Part shown: positions 61,971-64,000 of the stretch, piece after piece
Layout: every line of letters begins with the position of its first letter
Position numbering within the stretch: position 1 is the stretch's first letter
Program-made: the position numbers and the translations under genes
Notes under the pieces: generated by a model
What the model saw: only the letters and a program-made list of their open reading frames with translations
Databases searched by the model: none
Told to the model about the DNA's origin: nothing
NCBI GenBank assembly: GCA_963784055.1
Contig: CAWAPY010000018.1
Span: 69,444-133,443, forward strand
DNA from: an uncultured Actinomycetota bacterium
GTDB taxonomy: Bacteria; Actinomycetota; UBA4738; HRBIN12
Length of the DNA stretch: 64,000 bases
Direction of reading: 5' to 3'

Positions 61971-62975
61971 GTGCTCTCCTTCGGTGTGACGTTCATGCTC
62001 GACCCGCCGGTGTCCAGGACGATCGAGTGGGCCAAGCTCGCCGAAGCGCAGGGGTTCGACGCCGTGTGGGCCTGGGATTCCCACGTGCTGTGGCAGGAGT
62101 TCTACACGACGTTCGCGCTGGTCGCGGCGAACACCGAACGCGTCCGGCTCGGTCCGTGCGTCACGAACCCCGCCACCCGCGACATGACGGTGACCGCGAG
62201 CGCGATGGCGACGCTCCAGGAAGTGTCCGGGGGGCGGATGGACATCGGGATGGGTCGAGGCGACAGCGCGCGGCGGGTGATCGGACAGAAGCCGGTCACG
62301 GTCGAGCACATGGAGCACGCCTGTCGGTTCATCAAGGATCTCGCGGAAGGGCGTGAGGTCGACCACGAGGGCACACCGCTCCAGCTGAAGTGGAGCGAGG
62401 GCCATCGACTGCCGGTGTGGGTGGCGGCGTACGGTCCGAAAGCGCTCCGCGCCTGCGGGCGGGTGGCCGACGGCCTGATCATGCAGCTCGCGGACCCGTT
62501 CATCCTCGGCTGGTCGCTCGCCTACGTCCGTGAGGGTGCCGAGGAGGCAGGGCGGTCGTTCGATGACATCCAGATCCAGGTGGCGGCACCCGGGTACCTC
62601 TCCGAGGACCTCGCGATGGCCCGCGACCAGGTGCGCTGGTTCCCCGCGCTCGTCTCCAACCACGTCGTGGACCTCGTCGAACGATACTCCGACGCCGACC
62701 TTCCCCAAGCGCTGACCGACTACATCGAGGCACGGGATCACTACGACTACGCCGACCACGGGCGGACCGGCGCCGAGCACGCAGACTTCGTGACCGATGA
62801 GGTCGTGGACCGGTTCTGCGTCCTCGGCACCGCCGAGGCGTGCATCGACAAGCTCCGCGAGCTGGAGGCACTCGGCGTGACACAGTTCAACATCTATTCG
62901 ATGCAGGAGGATCCCGGCCCGGCCGGGATCATCGAGGGGTTCGGGAAGGACGTGCTCCCGGCGTTCCGCAGCTGA
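61971..62975 (+). CDS. Luciferase-like monooxygenase (LLM) class, probably F420-dependent oxidoreductase
   Basis: FGVTFMLDPP...GFDAVWAWDSHVLWQE...RLGPCVTNPATRD...MDIGMGRGDS. Confidence 0.8.
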   Translation: MLSFGVTFMLDPPVSRTIEWAKLAEAQGFDAVWAWDSHVLWQEFYTTFALVAANTERVRLGPCVTNPATRDMTVTASAMATLQEVSGGRMDIGMGRGDSARRVIGQKPVTVEHMEHACRFIKDLAEGREVDHEGTPLQLKWSEGHRLPVWVAAYGPKALRACGRVADGLIMQLADPFILGWSLAYVREGAEEAGRSFDDIQIQVAAPGYLSEDLAMARDQVRWFPALVSNHVVDLVERYSDADLPQALTDYIEARDHYDYADHGRTGAEHADFVTDEVVDRFCVLGTAEACIDKLRELEALGVTQFNIYSMQEDPGPAGIIEGFGKDVLPAFRS

Positions 62976-63016
62976 GGCGGAACCAGAGCGCGAGAGAACA
63001 GAGGGAGGCAGGGACG

Positions 63017-63862
63017 ATGACGATGGTCCGGGCGGCCGTGATCCAGGCGCACGCGAACATGCCCAAGGACGACGCGGTCGACAAGCACGTCGAGCTGATC
63101 GCGAAGGCGGCTGCCGACGGCGCCGAGGTCACCTGCCTGCAGGAGATCTTCCACGGCCCGTACTTCTGCGCGGAGCAGGACCCGAAGTGGTACGCGACCG
63201 CCGAACCGGAGGACGGTCCGCTCGTCACGCGCATGCGCGAGGTCGCCAAGACCCACAACATGGTCCTTATCGTCCCCTGGTTCGAGGAGGCGCAGACGGG
63301 CGTGTACTACAACTCGGCGGTCGTGATCGAGCGGGACGGGTCGATCGCGGGCAAATACCGCAAGACCCACATCCCGCACGTCGGTCCGTGCTTCTGGGAG
63401 AAGTTCTACTTCAAGCCAGGGAACCTCGGATATCCGGTCTTCGACACATCGGTGGGCAAGATCGGGTTGATCATCTGCTACGACCGCCACTTCCCTGAGA
63501 TCGGACGAGCCCTCGGGCTCAAGGGCGCGGAGCTCGTGTTCAACCCGTCGGCCACCGTGGAGTCGTTGTCGAAGTACCTGTGGGAGCTCGAGCAACCGGC
63601 CCACGCCGTGGCCAACGGCTACTGGATCGCGGCGATCAACCGGGTGGGCACGGAGGAGCCGCTCTCGAGCGCGAAGTTCTACGGGTCCTCCTACTTCTGC
63701 GACCCCCGCGGCCAGATCGTGGCGCAGGCGTCCGACTCGGAGGACGAGGTGCTCGTGCACGATGTCGACCTGGAGATGATCCGAGACGTCCGCAATACGT
63801 GGCAGTTCCTCCGCGATCGCCGGCCCGAGCTCTACGGGGAGCTCACCCAACTGCTGCCATGA
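63017..63862 (+). CDS. Carbon-nitrogen hydrolase (beta-ureidopropionase / N-carbamoyl-amino-acid amidohydrolase-like)
   Basis: GAGGGAGG upstream of ATG 63017. VTCLQEIF (Glu), YRKTHIP (Lys), LIICYDRHFPE (Cys) catalytic-triad contexts. Confidence 0.85.
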   Translation: MTMVRAAVIQAHANMPKDDAVDKHVELIAKAAADGAEVTCLQEIFHGPYFCAEQDPKWYATAEPEDGPLVTRMREVAKTHNMVLIVPWFEEAQTGVYYNSAVVIERDGSIAGKYRKTHIPHVGPCFWEKFYFKPGNLGYPVFDTSVGKIGLIICYDRHFPEIGRALGLKGAELVFNPSATVESLSKYLWELEQPAHAVANGYWIAAINRVGTEEPLSSAKFYGSSYFCDPRGQIVAQASDSEDEVLVHDVDLEMIRDVRNTWQFLRDRRPELYGELTQLLP

Positions 63863-63940
63863 CGGAGGTCACCCGCATGGCGGAGGTCACCGGATGACGG
63901 CGCCCAGGATGAAGACGGACCGGATGAAGGGGAGCAGACC

Positions 63941-64000
63941 GTGAGGACGCTGATCCAGGGCGGCACGGTCGTGACGGCGACCGAGACCGTCGCCGCCGAC
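63941..64000 (+). CDS. 5' end of a dihydropyrimidinase/hydantoinase-like amidohydrolase (truncated by window end)
   Basis: GAAGGGGAG upstream of GTG 63941. VRTLIQGGTVVTATETVAAD resembles the usual N-terminus of cyclic amidohydrolases. Only 20 codons are visible. Confidence 0.4.
   Translation, partial: MRTLIQGGTVVTATETVAAD

Overview
High-GC window, with a gene repertoire that suggests Actinomycetota (inference from Ku, F420/LLM-type oxidoreductase, GT87/DUF2029-like membrane protein, ECF sigma/anti-sigma pairs and Lsr2-like small proteins). All calls come from reading the six-frame track and DNA by eye; no searches were run.

Layout:
- 1-16.4 kb: housekeeping and accessory genes. These include an ECF sigma/ZAS anti-sigma/M15 peptidase group, a TPP enzyme, Ku, HAD plus aldo-keto reductase, two tandem SulP-STAS-cNMP transporters and a DrrAB-like ABC exporter.
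- 16.5-26.7 kb: a visibly more AT-rich accessory patch. It holds a small secreted protein with a 3-gene ABC system, tRNA-Arg(CCU), an IS481-family element, a run of tiny Cys-rich ORFs, a divergent pair of Lsr2-N-terminus-like CCCH proteins, an ECF sigma/anti-sigma pair, a secreted protein, a winged-helix regulator and a degenerate second tRNA-Arg copy.
- 26.7-31.6 kb: two convergent giant secreted repeat proteins (SBBP+RTX, and BNR).
- 33-44.7 kb: a dense signalling cluster with three HisKA_3/HisKA kinases and two REC-EAL proteins. Two paralogous unknown signal-peptide/C-terminal-anchor proteins are start/stop-overlapped with these genes. This is my best candidate for an undescribed module.
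- 45.6-64 kb: N-heterocycle/amide catabolism genes (Mo-hydroxylase LMS, amidohydrolase, hydantoinase A/B, M24 creatinase-like, LLM oxidoreductase, CN-hydrolase, start of a dihydropyrimidinase-like gene). Interspersed are UvrD-HRDC helicase, GDH and tandem FN3 membrane proteins.

Major caveat: about 20 genes continue in another frame at one or more points, at least about 40 breaks by manual count. This is most simply explained by assembly indels, so these genes are typed pseudogene 'as assembled'. No rRNA or CRISPR array was seen.
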